From an uncultured Alphaproteobacteria bacterium (GTDB lineage: Bacteria > Pseudomonadota > Alphaproteobacteria > RF32 > CAG-239): 64,000 nt of DNA. Positions within the stretch are counted from its first letter, which is position 1, and each line of letters opens with the position of its first letter. Below are positions 47,012-55,403 of the stretch, in pieces. Location: the NCBI GenBank assembly GCA_944391615.1, contig CALXUE010000008.1:3511-67510 (forward strand), read 5' to 3'. The notes beneath the pieces are model-generated. The model was not told where the DNA came from and searched no databases. It worked only from the letters and a program-made list of their open reading frames with translations. Position numbers and translations under genes: made by a program.

Positions 47012-48291
47012 AGCCGTAGGGCCTCCTCTTTGGATATTTTTTGACATACTCTCTTAATTACCTTTTGCTTCATGAGCAAATTTTGCTGAACCATTTCCTC
47101 AAGTCCGGTGTTTACCCACAAGTCATACACGTTTATTCTTTTGTTTTTATTCTCTTGGTTGGTGTTTCCTCTCAGGGCTTGTTTAATGGCCTGAAGCTTA
47201 AACTGGTAACTAAACGTTTGACTAAAGAATATCACATTATTATAACTTGGCACATTTATCCCTAAATTATCCACACCATATGAGCAAAACATTGTGTCTA
47301 TGGCGGTGCTGAAATCTGAAAATGCTCTTTTTTTGTTGCATTGCCCGTTTAATATCACGTATTTTTGGCTGTCAAACAGTCCGCTCTCTTGAAAAAAACG
47401 AATCTCGTCTAAGTATTTGACGTATATTATCACTTTTTCTTTCTTTAATCTGATTTTGCTTAAGATTTCGCACAAGAGTTTTACTTTGTTTTGGCTGATG
47501 GTGTATATGTGTTGGAATTTGTGAAATATTTCCATGAAATGCACATAATCTCTGCCTTCAAGCAATCTTTCTTTTTCTTCATCGTAGCTTTGTTTTTCTT
47601 TGGTGGTTAAATTTGCATAAAGATTGTAGCGGTTTATCGGGTAATCAAAATCTAAATCGGCGTCCAAAATATAGGGGCTGATTTTTTGGATGAGCATATT
47701 TTCTTGATGCTTGGTTGACCACATTTTTTGATTGTCAAAGCGATTGGTTATCGGGGTTAAGTAAATGTTGGAAAACTGTATATAGCTCATCTTTAAGAGT
47801 TGCGGTGACATAAATTGGAGCTGTGAATATAAATCTATTAACCCTAAAGTTATGGGGGCTGAACTTAAAATCAACCGATATGAAAATTTGGGCCCTAACT
47901 GAAACAGCCTTTGTGAACAGCCTGATTGTGCGTTTTTGATGATGCTGCTGTCATCTATGATGCAAAAGCACTTTTTGTTTCGCGCTAAATCGTTTAACTT
48001 CAAAAAATTGGTGTCAGAGGCGGAGATACTCTCTAGGGGAAAAACATAAAGTTTGCTGCGAAAGCCTTCGCTGTATTTTGAAATGAGTGTTTTGTAGTTT
48101 TTGGATAAAATGCAGGTTTGCTTGCAAAGCCAGATGATGAAGTCAACATTGTCTTTTTGGCTCGCGGCCAGTTCAAAGGCGCGTTTTATTCTCTCTTCGG
48201 TGTCTTGGATGAAAATGGCTCCGGATTTGAGGCGGGCTAATTTTTGTTCTGCGGTGGTGGCTATGGAAGATGTGGTTTGTGTGATTTGCAT
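47008..48291 (-). CDS. SF2/SNF2-like helicase-related protein lacking a Walker A motif
   Basis: CFCIIDDSSIIKN (motif II-like), YRLILSSAPITLGLIDLYSQLQFM (motif III-like), and a C-terminal helicase-C-like block (KVIIYVKY...VIFFSQTFSYQFKLQAIKQALRG). There is no GxGK[ST] anywhere in the ORF. The start at ATG 48291 has AAGGA 8 nt upstream. Confidence 0.6.
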   Translation of the reverse strand: MQITQTTSSIATTAEQKLARLKSGAIFIQDTEERIKRAFELAASQKDNVDFIIWLCKQTCILSKNYKTLISKYSEGFRSKLYVFPLESISASDTNFLKLNDLARNKKCFCIIDDSSIIKNAQSGCSQRLFQLGPKFSYRLILSSAPITLGLIDLYSQLQFMSPQLLKMSYIQFSNIYLTPITNRFDNQKMWSTKHQENMLIQKISPYILDADLDFDYPINRYNLYANLTTKEKQSYDEEKERLLEGRDYVHFMEIFHKFQHIYTISQNKVKLLCEILSKIRLKKEKVIIYVKYLDEIRFFQESGLFDSQKYVILNGQCNKKRAFSDFSTAIDTMFCSYGVDNLGINVPSYNNVIFFSQTFSYQFKLQAIKQALRGNTNQENKNKRINVYDLWVNTGLEEMVQQNLLMKQKVIKRVCQKISKEEALRL

Positions 48292-48461
48292 AGTGGGTTT
48301 CCTTTCTCTCAAACTTTTTTTGTTTATAAGTAATTCCTTATATTAGCTTTTCAAGATAAGGCTGGGTGATATGTTTTTATCAAATATCGGGTTCTTGTTT
48401 TTTTGTGGCTGGATAATTATATCTTTGATGTTTTTTTTATTGCTTATTTTAGGAGATGATT

Positions 48462-48848
48462 ATGAAAAAGATTTTATTACTTTCTGCGACGGTTCTTTTG
48501 TGTGGGGCATTGGTTCAAACAGCCGATGCCAAAAAAGATTACCGTGGCGGATTTGTCGGCCCTCAGGCTAATGTTGAGGTCGTTACCGTGGCGCAAGTTA
48601 AAAAAATGTCTGATGATTCTAAGGTCGTTTTGAAAGGTAATATTGTCAGCAGTCTTGGGGATGAGCATTATATTTTTAAGGATGCAACCGGCTCTATTGA
48701 CGTTGAAATTGAAAAAAACAGGTGGCATGGCTTGACTGTTACGCCGAATGATGAGGTGCGCTTGATGGGCGAATTGGATAAACATTGGTTTGAAGAGCCC
48801 AGCGTTGATGTTAGTGACATTAATATTGTTCAACCTATGACGGAGTAA
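48462..48848 (+). CDS. YgiW/YdeI (BOF) family periplasmic OB-fold stress protein
   Basis: Signal peptide, then GGFVGPQANVEVVTVAQVKKMSDDSKVVLKGNIVSSLGDEHYIFKDATGSIDVEI, which is BOF-typical. AGGAG lies 6 nt before ATG 48462. Confidence 0.8.
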   Translation: MKKILLLSATVLLCGALVQTADAKKDYRGGFVGPQANVEVVTVAQVKKMSDDSKVVLKGNIVSSLGDEHYIFKDATGSIDVEIEKNRWHGLTVTPNDEVRLMGELDKHWFEEPSVDVSDINIVQPMTE

Positions 48849-48869
48849 AATTTTTAATCCTTCATACAA

Positions 48870-48895
48870 AAAGCTCTCTGTTATGAGAGCTTTTT
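48870..48895. terminator. bidirectional terminator
   Basis: AAAGCTCTC-TGTTAT-GAGAGCTTT with flanking A and T runs. Confidence 0.7.
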
Positions 48896-48905
48896 GTTTA
48901 ATCTT

Positions 48906-49505
48906 TTATTCTTTTATGAGCAACCGTGTTTCGATGGGGGTGTATTCTTTTGCATCGGCCGGAGCTGTTATGCGTCCAAACGGCATTTGTGCATATAGTT
49001 TCCACGTTGTTGGCAGGTCATAATCTTTATATATAAAGTTTTCAACTAGAGGAGAGTAGTGTTGCAGGGAGGCTCCGATTTGATTTTGGGCAAATAGGCT
49101 CCATATGGCAAACTGGAGCATACCATTGGCTTGTTGTGACCAATCGGGGAATTTGTCTTTATATAAAGGGTAGGTTGTTTGCAATTCTGTTACGACCGAT
49201 TCGTCTTCGAAAAAAAGAATCGTGCCATAGGCTTTGGCAAAGGAGGATATTTTTTCTTCCAGAGAGGCATGTGTGTTTTGTGGTGCGACGGCTTTTAGCT
49301 CATGCAAAGTCTTGGTCCAAAAGCGTTTGTGGGCGTTTTGAAGTAGGACAACCAAGCGTCCGGACTGCGAATTGAAGGCGGATGGGGCTTCTTTTAAGGC
49401 ATGGGTAATCAAAGATTCTATTTCGGCTTTTGAGAGGTTGATTTGCGAATCAAGATGGTAAATCGAGCGGCGCAAACCTATGAAATCATTATGGTTTTCG
49501 GGCAT
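48906..49505 (-). CDS. nitroreductase family protein
   Basis: LRRSIYHLD...APSAFNSQSGRLVVLL, a nitroreductase-fold pattern. 199 aa. Confidence 0.75.
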   Translation of the reverse strand: MPENHNDFIGLRRSIYHLDSQINLSKAEIESLITHALKEAPSAFNSQSGRLVVLLQNAHKRFWTKTLHELKAVAPQNTHASLEEKISSFAKAYGTILFFEDESVVTELQTTYPLYKDKFPDWSQQANGMLQFAIWSLFAQNQIGASLQHYSPLVENFIYKDYDLPTTWKLYAQMPFGRITAPADAKEYTPIETRLLIKE

Positions 49506-49681
49506 TGTTTTCTCCTTAAAGATTTTATCCCTACATAATTAGTCTTATTTGTCGGATTTTCAAGGGTTATTTTTTTGTCTTTTTTCAATGACTTATAAAA
49601 TAGTTTGTGTCGGGACAATTTTTTGCACGACATTTTTGCAACTTTTGTGCTATATTTTAGGTATGATGGGAAGAAGTTTAC

Positions 49682-49708
49682 AAGGAAGGTTGAGCCTTCC
49701 TTTTTTTT
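49682..49708 (+). terminator. terminator-like hairpin upstream of terS
   Basis: AAGGAAGG-TTGAG-CCTTCCTT followed by T-run. Confidence 0.5.
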
Positions 49709-49716
49709 GTGTGTTT

Positions 49717-50112
49717 ATGAGTTTTGAAAAAATGGGGAATTTAACTTTAAAACAAGTTCGCTTTATTGAGGAATATGCTAAATGCGGTGTTGGGGTGGAA
49801 GCCGCCAGACGTGCGGGGTATGCTCAACCGGAAAATGCCGCTTCAAAAGTGATGCAATCTTCTGCCGTTAAGGCTGAGTTGGATAAAATCAGAAAAAAGG
49901 CTATGTCTAAGGCGCAAATTTCTTTAGAAAAGCTTTTAGCCGAACTGGAAGAGGCCAGGCAGTTGGCTCTCTCTAAAGAAGCAGCCGCGGCTATGGTTTC
50001 CGCCTCTATGGGAAAAGCAAAGCTTTTGGGTTTGGATAAGCCTAAGTCTGAAGACGAAACAGATGCTGCAGCTGCTGAAGTTCCTCAAGTTTTGGTGAAA
50101 TTTGTTGAATGA
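49717..50112 (+). CDS. phage terminase small subunit
   Basis: LTLKQVRFIEEYAKCGVGVEAARRAGYAQPENAASKVMQSSAVKAELDKIRKK is typical of Terminase_2-type TerS. The stop overlaps the terL start (ATGA). Confidence 0.8.
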   Translation: MSFEKMGNLTLKQVRFIEEYAKCGVGVEAARRAGYAQPENAASKVMQSSAVKAELDKIRKKAMSKAQISLEKLLAELEEARQLALSKEAAAAMVSASMGKAKLLGLDKPKSEDETDAAAAEVPQVLVKFVE

Positions 50113-51452
50113 TACAGGAGGAGATTTTGGTTAAACAGGTTAAGGCGGAGATTCCTAAAATTTTTGCGCCTTTATTGTGTGGGCAATACCGAAACAAGTT
50201 TTTTTATGGCGGGAGGGCCGGCGGTAAGTCTTATGCCTTTGCGGATTCTTTGCTCTTGCTCGGGCGGCAGAAAAAACTTTTTATTGCTTGTTTGCGCGAA
50301 ATTCAAGACAGCATTAAAGATTCTGTTTACAAGCTTTTGTGTGACAGAATTTCTTTTTATGCTTTGGATGATTATCGGATTTTGGAATCTAAAATTGAAA
50401 ATAAGGTTACCGGTACAAGGTTTATTTTTAAAGGACTACGTGATCAGGACAGTCAAAAAATCAAGTCGCTGGAAGGCGTGGATATTGCTTGGATTGAAGA
50501 GGCGCAAACCATTACGCGTAAAAGCTGGGAAATCTTGGAGCCAACTATTCGTAAAGACGGATCTGAAATTTGGATTTCTATGAACAGAGAAGAGGAAAAC
50601 GATCCCTTATGGGTGTTGCTCGCGGCTCATCCGGATGAAAGAACTTTGGTGGTGAAGGTTAATTATTATGATAATCCGTTTTGCCCTAAAGAAATTAAAT
50701 TGCAGGCGCAAAAATGCAAAGAAAATAATCCGGATGATTATGAACATATTTGGCTTGGTGAACCGGTTAGGCAAGGTAACACTAAGCTGATTTCAACGGC
50801 TTGTGTGCGAAAGGCTTTTGAACTTAAAATGTCTTCATCGGCATCGCCTTTGGTGATTGGGGTTGATGTGGCGCGATTTGGTGATGACAAAACGATTTTT
50901 TGCTTTAGGCGCGGGCGATGGTGTCAGCGTTTTGAAGCGTTTGCTAAAATGTCGGTGGTTGAAGTGGCTAATCAGGCCACTTTTTTTATTCAAAAATTTA
51001 AACCTCGGCGGTTGTTTATTGATATCGGCGGAGTGGGGGCCGGCGTTTATGATATTTTGAAAGACAGAGGTTTGGCGGAAGTGGTTAAGGGCGTTAATTT
51101 TGGTGAAAAAGCGCATCAATTTGACCGTTATGCCAATCGCAGAGCTGAAATGTGGGATGCTATTAACCTTTGGCTTAATGATGTTTTGACCCCGGAGCTT
51201 CCTCAGGATGATGAGCTCTTTGGCGATTTGTGCTCCGTTAACAAAAAATATGATAGGCGGGGACGTTTGATGTTGGAGGAAAAAGACGAGGTTAAAAAAC
51301 GGCTGGGGCGTTCGCCCGATAAGGCGGATGCTCTGGCTCTTACTTTTGCTGAGCCGGTTTTTGAGGCTGTGCCGACCGCTCTTTATCAAAAAGGGCAAAT
51401 TTCTTGGGAAGATATGTTTACTAAACAAAACGGAGATGCTGAAAAATGGTAG
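50109..51452 (+). CDS. phage terminase large subunit
   Basis: FYGGRAGGKSYAF Walker A, WIEEA Walker B-like, and a C-terminal nuclease domain (IGVDVARFGDD). 447 aa. Confidence 0.9.
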   Translation: MIQEEILVKQVKAEIPKIFAPLLCGQYRNKFFYGGRAGGKSYAFADSLLLLGRQKKLFIACLREIQDSIKDSVYKLLCDRISFYALDDYRILESKIENKVTGTRFIFKGLRDQDSQKIKSLEGVDIAWIEEAQTITRKSWEILEPTIRKDGSEIWISMNREEENDPLWVLLAAHPDERTLVVKVNYYDNPFCPKEIKLQAQKCKENNPDDYEHIWLGEPVRQGNTKLISTACVRKAFELKMSSSASPLVIGVDVARFGDDKTIFCFRRGRWCQRFEAFAKMSVVEVANQATFFIQKFKPRRLFIDIGGVGAGVYDILKDRGLAEVVKGVNFGEKAHQFDRYANRRAEMWDAINLWLNDVLTPELPQDDELFGDLCSVNKKYDRRGRLMLEEKDEVKKRLGRSPDKADALALTFAEPVFEAVPTALYQKGQISWEDMFTKQNGDAEKW

Positions 51453-51715
51453 ATGTTGCTTGTCATTACCAACCTGTGACTGACAGGGTGTTGATTAAAC
51501 TTGATCCGGTGCAAAATAAATCTGAGGGCGGAATCTTGCTTACAGATGATTTTGAACCTGTTCGAAACAGCGGTACTGTCTTGGCTTTGGGGCCAAAAGT
51601 GAAAGCTGATGTGGCGGTCGGTGATAGGGTTTTGTTTCATTGTTTTGATGAAATTAAGGTTTTAGACGATGATTGTGCGGTCGTCAGAGATAATAGTTTG
51701 TTGCTTAAGTTTTAG
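51446..51715 (+). CDS. GroES/Cpn10-like co-chaperonin encoded in the phage head module
   Basis: PVTDRVLIKLDPVQNKSEGGILLTDD...SGTVLALGPKVKADVAVGDRVLF parallels the GroES pattern (DRV.VK...S.GGI.L...G.V.AVG...V.VGD.V.F). Confidence 0.7.
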   Translation: MVDVACHYQPVTDRVLIKLDPVQNKSEGGILLTDDFEPVRNSGTVLALGPKVKADVAVGDRVLFHCFDEIKVLDDDCAVVRDNSLLLKF

Positions 51716-51723
51716 GAGGTGTA

Positions 51724-53610
51724 ATGCTTAAAAATAAATCTAATTCAGCCAAATTTTGGCTCGAAAAAATTAATACGGCCGAGCATAATTATCAGCCGTA
51801 TTTTGATTTGATTGATGAAACAAGAGAATGTTATAAATTGCAGAGAGGTGGAATTTTCAGAGCGGCTAAATTGAGCTCGGCTTGTAATATCTTTTGGTCG
51901 AGTATTGAAACGCTTAAACCTTTTCTTTATTTCAAACAACCTAAGCCTTGTATCGCGTTGATGCATCAAAATCCGACCGATGCCGAGGCTTTGGCTTGTA
52001 AAATTTTGGAGCGTGCTTTGCAATGGAATTTGGACCATTTTGATTTTGATTCCGTGGCAAAATATGCACGCAATGATTTTTTGATTTCAGGGTGTGGTAT
52101 TTTGTGGGAAGTTTATAAACCTAAATTTGCTACAATTTTGGATGAAAACGGGCAAGAAATTTTGCTTAAAACCGATGAAAAGGTGGTTTCTGAGTATGTT
52201 GATCCTAAATGCTTTTTGGCGGATAGCGACCATGTGGGTATTTGGGAAGATGTGACTTGGGTGGCGCGTAAGCATTATTTGAGCAGGCAAAATATTTTTG
52301 ATGTCTTTGGTGATAAAAAAGCTCTTGCGCTACTCGGACCGGCTCAAGAGGATGATGCCTATAAACAAGAATGTGTGTATGAAATTTGGGATAAAAACTC
52401 CAGAAAAGTTTTTTGGCTTTTGAAAAATAATGCCGATGATTTTTTGAAGGTGATTGATAAGCCATTGGATTTGGATGCTTTTTTTCCTTGTCCTAAGCCG
52501 ATTTTTGCTACAATGGCGGCTAATTCGATTATTCCGGTTCCTGATTATACTATGATAAAAGCTGATATTGAGGAATTAAGCGGTGTTATTGACCGTATGA
52601 GCTTGACGATGAAAGCTCTTAAGGTGACTGGGGCTTTTGATAGTTCTTTTCCGAATTTGGCTGATATTTTGAACAAAGATGTTGCTTTGGTGGCCGTGGC
52701 TGATTTTGACAAGCTCAAAAATGCCGGCGGTTTGAAGGGTATTGTCGATTTTATGCCAATTGAACAATATATTACCGCTTTGCAGGCTTTGGCAACCAGA
52801 AGAGATGACATTATTCAAAATATTTATCAAGTTACCGGTGTTTCCGATATTATGCGGGGTTCTTCCAATCCGACGGAAACTGCAACGGCCGTTAAACAAA
52901 AGACAAATTTTGGTACGCTTCGCAATCAAGACAGACAAAACGATATGCAGCGTTTTATTTGCGATTTATACCGACTGAAAGCGGAAATTATTTGCGAGCA
53001 ATTTTCTTTTGATTCTTTAACGTCTTTTTTGACGCTTGATGAAAAGGAAAATATTAAACTTGTTGAAGAGGCCGTCAAGCTTCTTAAAACCGATAAGGTG
53101 CGCAATATGGTGCTTTCGGTTGAAACGGATATGGTGTTTGACCAAGAGGCGGAGGCGCTTAAAGTGACTTCAGCTGTGCAAACTATTGCCAAGCTTATTC
53201 AAGATGCTTTCCAATTAGTTTCGTTGCAGCCGAAGTTGTTGAAGCTTTATCAAAAAATGGTGGAATCTGTTGTGGCAACCATGCCTAAAGGGCGGGCCTT
53301 TTCTGCTGTGATTGGTCAATGTTTTGATGATATTGCCAAAGAATTGGCAAATGAAGGTGATAAAACTGATTCTTCTGTTGCCAACACAAGCAATTCTACT
53401 TCGTCCTTGGCATCACCCTCAAATCAAGCGCAAATCAGTTTTTCTGACCAGCTCAAAATGATGCAGATGAAAAATGATTTTGAGATTGAAAAGGAGAAAA
53501 ACGCACTTAAAGCGCGTGAGCTCGCACTTAAAGAAAGCACCGAAAACGCCAAACTCAAACTCTCAGACAAGGAGCTTGATTTGGAAGCCAAAAAGCAGGC
53601 TGCTCAATAG
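51724..53610 (+). CDS. phage portal protein (by position and size)
   Basis: A 628-aa ORF immediately after terL with an AGGAGG SD and an acidic/coiled C-terminus. No motif I can name. Confidence 0.65.
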   Translation: MLKNKSNSAKFWLEKINTAEHNYQPYFDLIDETRECYKLQRGGIFRAAKLSSACNIFWSSIETLKPFLYFKQPKPCIALMHQNPTDAEALACKILERALQWNLDHFDFDSVAKYARNDFLISGCGILWEVYKPKFATILDENGQEILLKTDEKVVSEYVDPKCFLADSDHVGIWEDVTWVARKHYLSRQNIFDVFGDKKALALLGPAQEDDAYKQECVYEIWDKNSRKVFWLLKNNADDFLKVIDKPLDLDAFFPCPKPIFATMAANSIIPVPDYTMIKADIEELSGVIDRMSLTMKALKVTGAFDSSFPNLADILNKDVALVAVADFDKLKNAGGLKGIVDFMPIEQYITALQALATRRDDIIQNIYQVTGVSDIMRGSSNPTETATAVKQKTNFGTLRNQDRQNDMQRFICDLYRLKAEIICEQFSFDSLTSFLTLDEKENIKLVEEAVKLLKTDKVRNMVLSVETDMVFDQEAEALKVTSAVQTIAKLIQDAFQLVSLQPKLLKLYQKMVESVVATMPKGRAFSAVIGQCFDDIAKELANEGDKTDSSVANTSNSTSSLASPSNQAQISFSDQLKMMQMKNDFEIEKEKNALKARELALKESTENAKLKLSDKELDLEAKKQAAQ

Positions 53611-53627
53611 TCAGTCGGAGAGCTGTC

Positions 53628-54143
53628 TTATACATTTATGTATTTGCGGCTTAAGACAAACTCGTAGAGTTTGAGTAATTGTCTGTTCCATTCCGTTGGA
53701 GCTGATATGTATTGGGCAAAAGAGCCGCAGTCATATATTTCGGGATGATCCCTGTTCTTGCAATATTTGTTGTAATTTACGCCCGTTTGGTAAAACTGAA
53801 GCGTATTTTTTTCAAGATTATTGACAAGTTCAAGCATTTTTTCCTGATCTTCGGGACGGTCAAATGTTTCTTTGATTAAAATGATAAGTTCGTTTTTGAG
53901 GCAGGCATTTTCTTTTTGTGAAGCTTTGCCGTAAAGCGAATCCAACATATTGCGGTCTTGAATGTCGGGTAATGTGGTCCAGATGCTGCTGCGGCATTTG
54001 TTGGTGACCGAGAGCATTTCTTTTTGGATGTCGTTGATTTGGGCCAGTGCGATGTTTTCCGGTTTGGTATTTTCGTAATAACTAAAATATCCGCCTAGTC
54101 CTATGAGAATGACTGCTGATGTGATGATAATGCTTTTTTTCAT
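53628..54143 (-). CDS. membrane-anchored hypothetical protein (opposite-strand moron)
   Basis: N-terminal TM. It is the only minus-strand gene inside the late operon. Confidence 0.5.
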   Translation of the reverse strand: MKKSIIITSAVILIGLGGYFSYYENTKPENIALAQINDIQKEMLSVTNKCRSSIWTTLPDIQDRNMLDSLYGKASQKENACLKNELIILIKETFDRPEDQEKMLELVNNLEKNTLQFYQTGVNYNKYCKNRDHPEIYDCGSFAQYISAPTEWNRQLLKLYEFVLSRKYINV

Positions 54144-54236
54144 GTTTGTTATCCTCGCTAAGTTGTCTTTATTGTGAATGGAAAAGCTTAATTTCTATTT
54201 AACGTTTGAAAAAAATCTGAAAGGGGGAGAAATGCT

Positions 54237-54467
54237 GTGACTTTTTTTTCTAAACAATGGGTGGATGAAGTTGTGTTGCCGGATGGTACTACGGCTTCTT
54301 GTGCTCAGGATATTGATCGCTTTCTGAGGCAAAACGATTTGGCTTTGGCCGGCGATTATACCGATGCGTTTCGTCAACGCGTTCGTTATCAACAACAAAA
54401 AACTCAGCAACAAGCTGATTGGACTGAGTTTTTGAAAAATTATAAGAGGTTAATTTGGAATGAGTAA
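54237..54467 (+). CDS. hypothetical phage protein
   Basis: GTG start with a GGGGGAGA SD. 76 aa. Confidence 0.45.
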   Translation: MTFFSKQWVDEVVLPDGTTASCAQDIDRFLRQNDLALAGDYTDAFRQRVRYQQQKTQQQADWTEFLKNYKRLIWNE

Positions 54468-55368
54468 AAGTGAAACAAGAAAAATTCTTGAGGAAAAGCT
54501 TGGCACAAATGCAAATACCGAGCTGCGTCCTCAAAATGAAATTTCTGCTTCGGAAAATGCAAAACCGGAACAAGCCAAAAATTTGCCTGAAGGGGATTTT
54601 TTGGCTGCTCCGGCTTCTTTTGAAGGAGAAATTGTGCAAACTTTTGGTTTGTTGCCGCCAGATTGGCGCAAATATCTATCTGAACATGAGGCTCAGGCTG
54701 AACAAAAATACAAAGATATTTTTGATAAGCTGGAGGCTTTGTCTTGGGTAGGGGAGATGTTTGCTCCACGCCAGAAAAGGCTTGAAAAATATGGCATTAC
54801 TGATGCTAAAAAGTGGCTCGAAACTTTGGCTAAGGTGGATGATTTGTTTGAGATTTCGCCCAGTGAAGGTGTGCGCTTTTTGGCTGAGGCTTATGGGGTG
54901 AAGCTAAATGCTTTGCCCGAAGTGCCGGCTGCGCAGAATGATGCGGCTATTCAATCTTTGGAGCAAAAAATTCAGATGCTGGAAAATGAATGTCAGCAGC
55001 TTAAATCTTTGGTGGAACAAAGAGAAAGCCAGCAAACAAACTTTTTGTTGATGAATTTTTTACAAGCCAAAGATGAAAACGGCGAACCGAAACACAAGTA
55101 TTTTGCTCAGGTGAAGCCAATTATGTTTGCGCTTTTGAATAATAATTTGGCATATGATTTTGAAGATGCTTATCAGCAGGCTTTGTGGTTGGTGCCGGAT
55201 TTGCGTAAACAAATGCTTGATGAGCAAATGGCTTTTAATCTTAAAGCTAAAGCCGATGAAGCACAAAAGGCTCAGTTGGCTTCCTTTGAGGCTAAAGGCA
55301 AAGCGTTGAATGATGATAACGAGCAACTCTCTACTCGTCAGATTCTTGAACGTGTTATTAATCAATAA
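54460..55368 (+). CDS. putative scaffolding protein
   Basis: A 302-aa acidic protein, predicted helical/coiled-coil, located between the portal and capsid genes. Confidence 0.55.
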   Translation: MSKSETRKILEEKLGTNANTELRPQNEISASENAKPEQAKNLPEGDFLAAPASFEGEIVQTFGLLPPDWRKYLSEHEAQAEQKYKDIFDKLEALSWVGEMFAPRQKRLEKYGITDAKKWLETLAKVDDLFEISPSEGVRFLAEAYGVKLNALPEVPAAQNDAAIQSLEQKIQMLENECQQLKSLVEQRESQQTNFLLMNFLQAKDENGEPKHKYFAQVKPIMFALLNNNLAYDFEDAYQQALWLVPDLRKQMLDEQMAFNLKAKADEAQKAQLASFEAKGKALNDDNEQLSTRQILERVINQ

Positions 55369-55403
55369 TATTTTTTTATTTTTTATTGGAAGGATTGTAT
55401 ATT

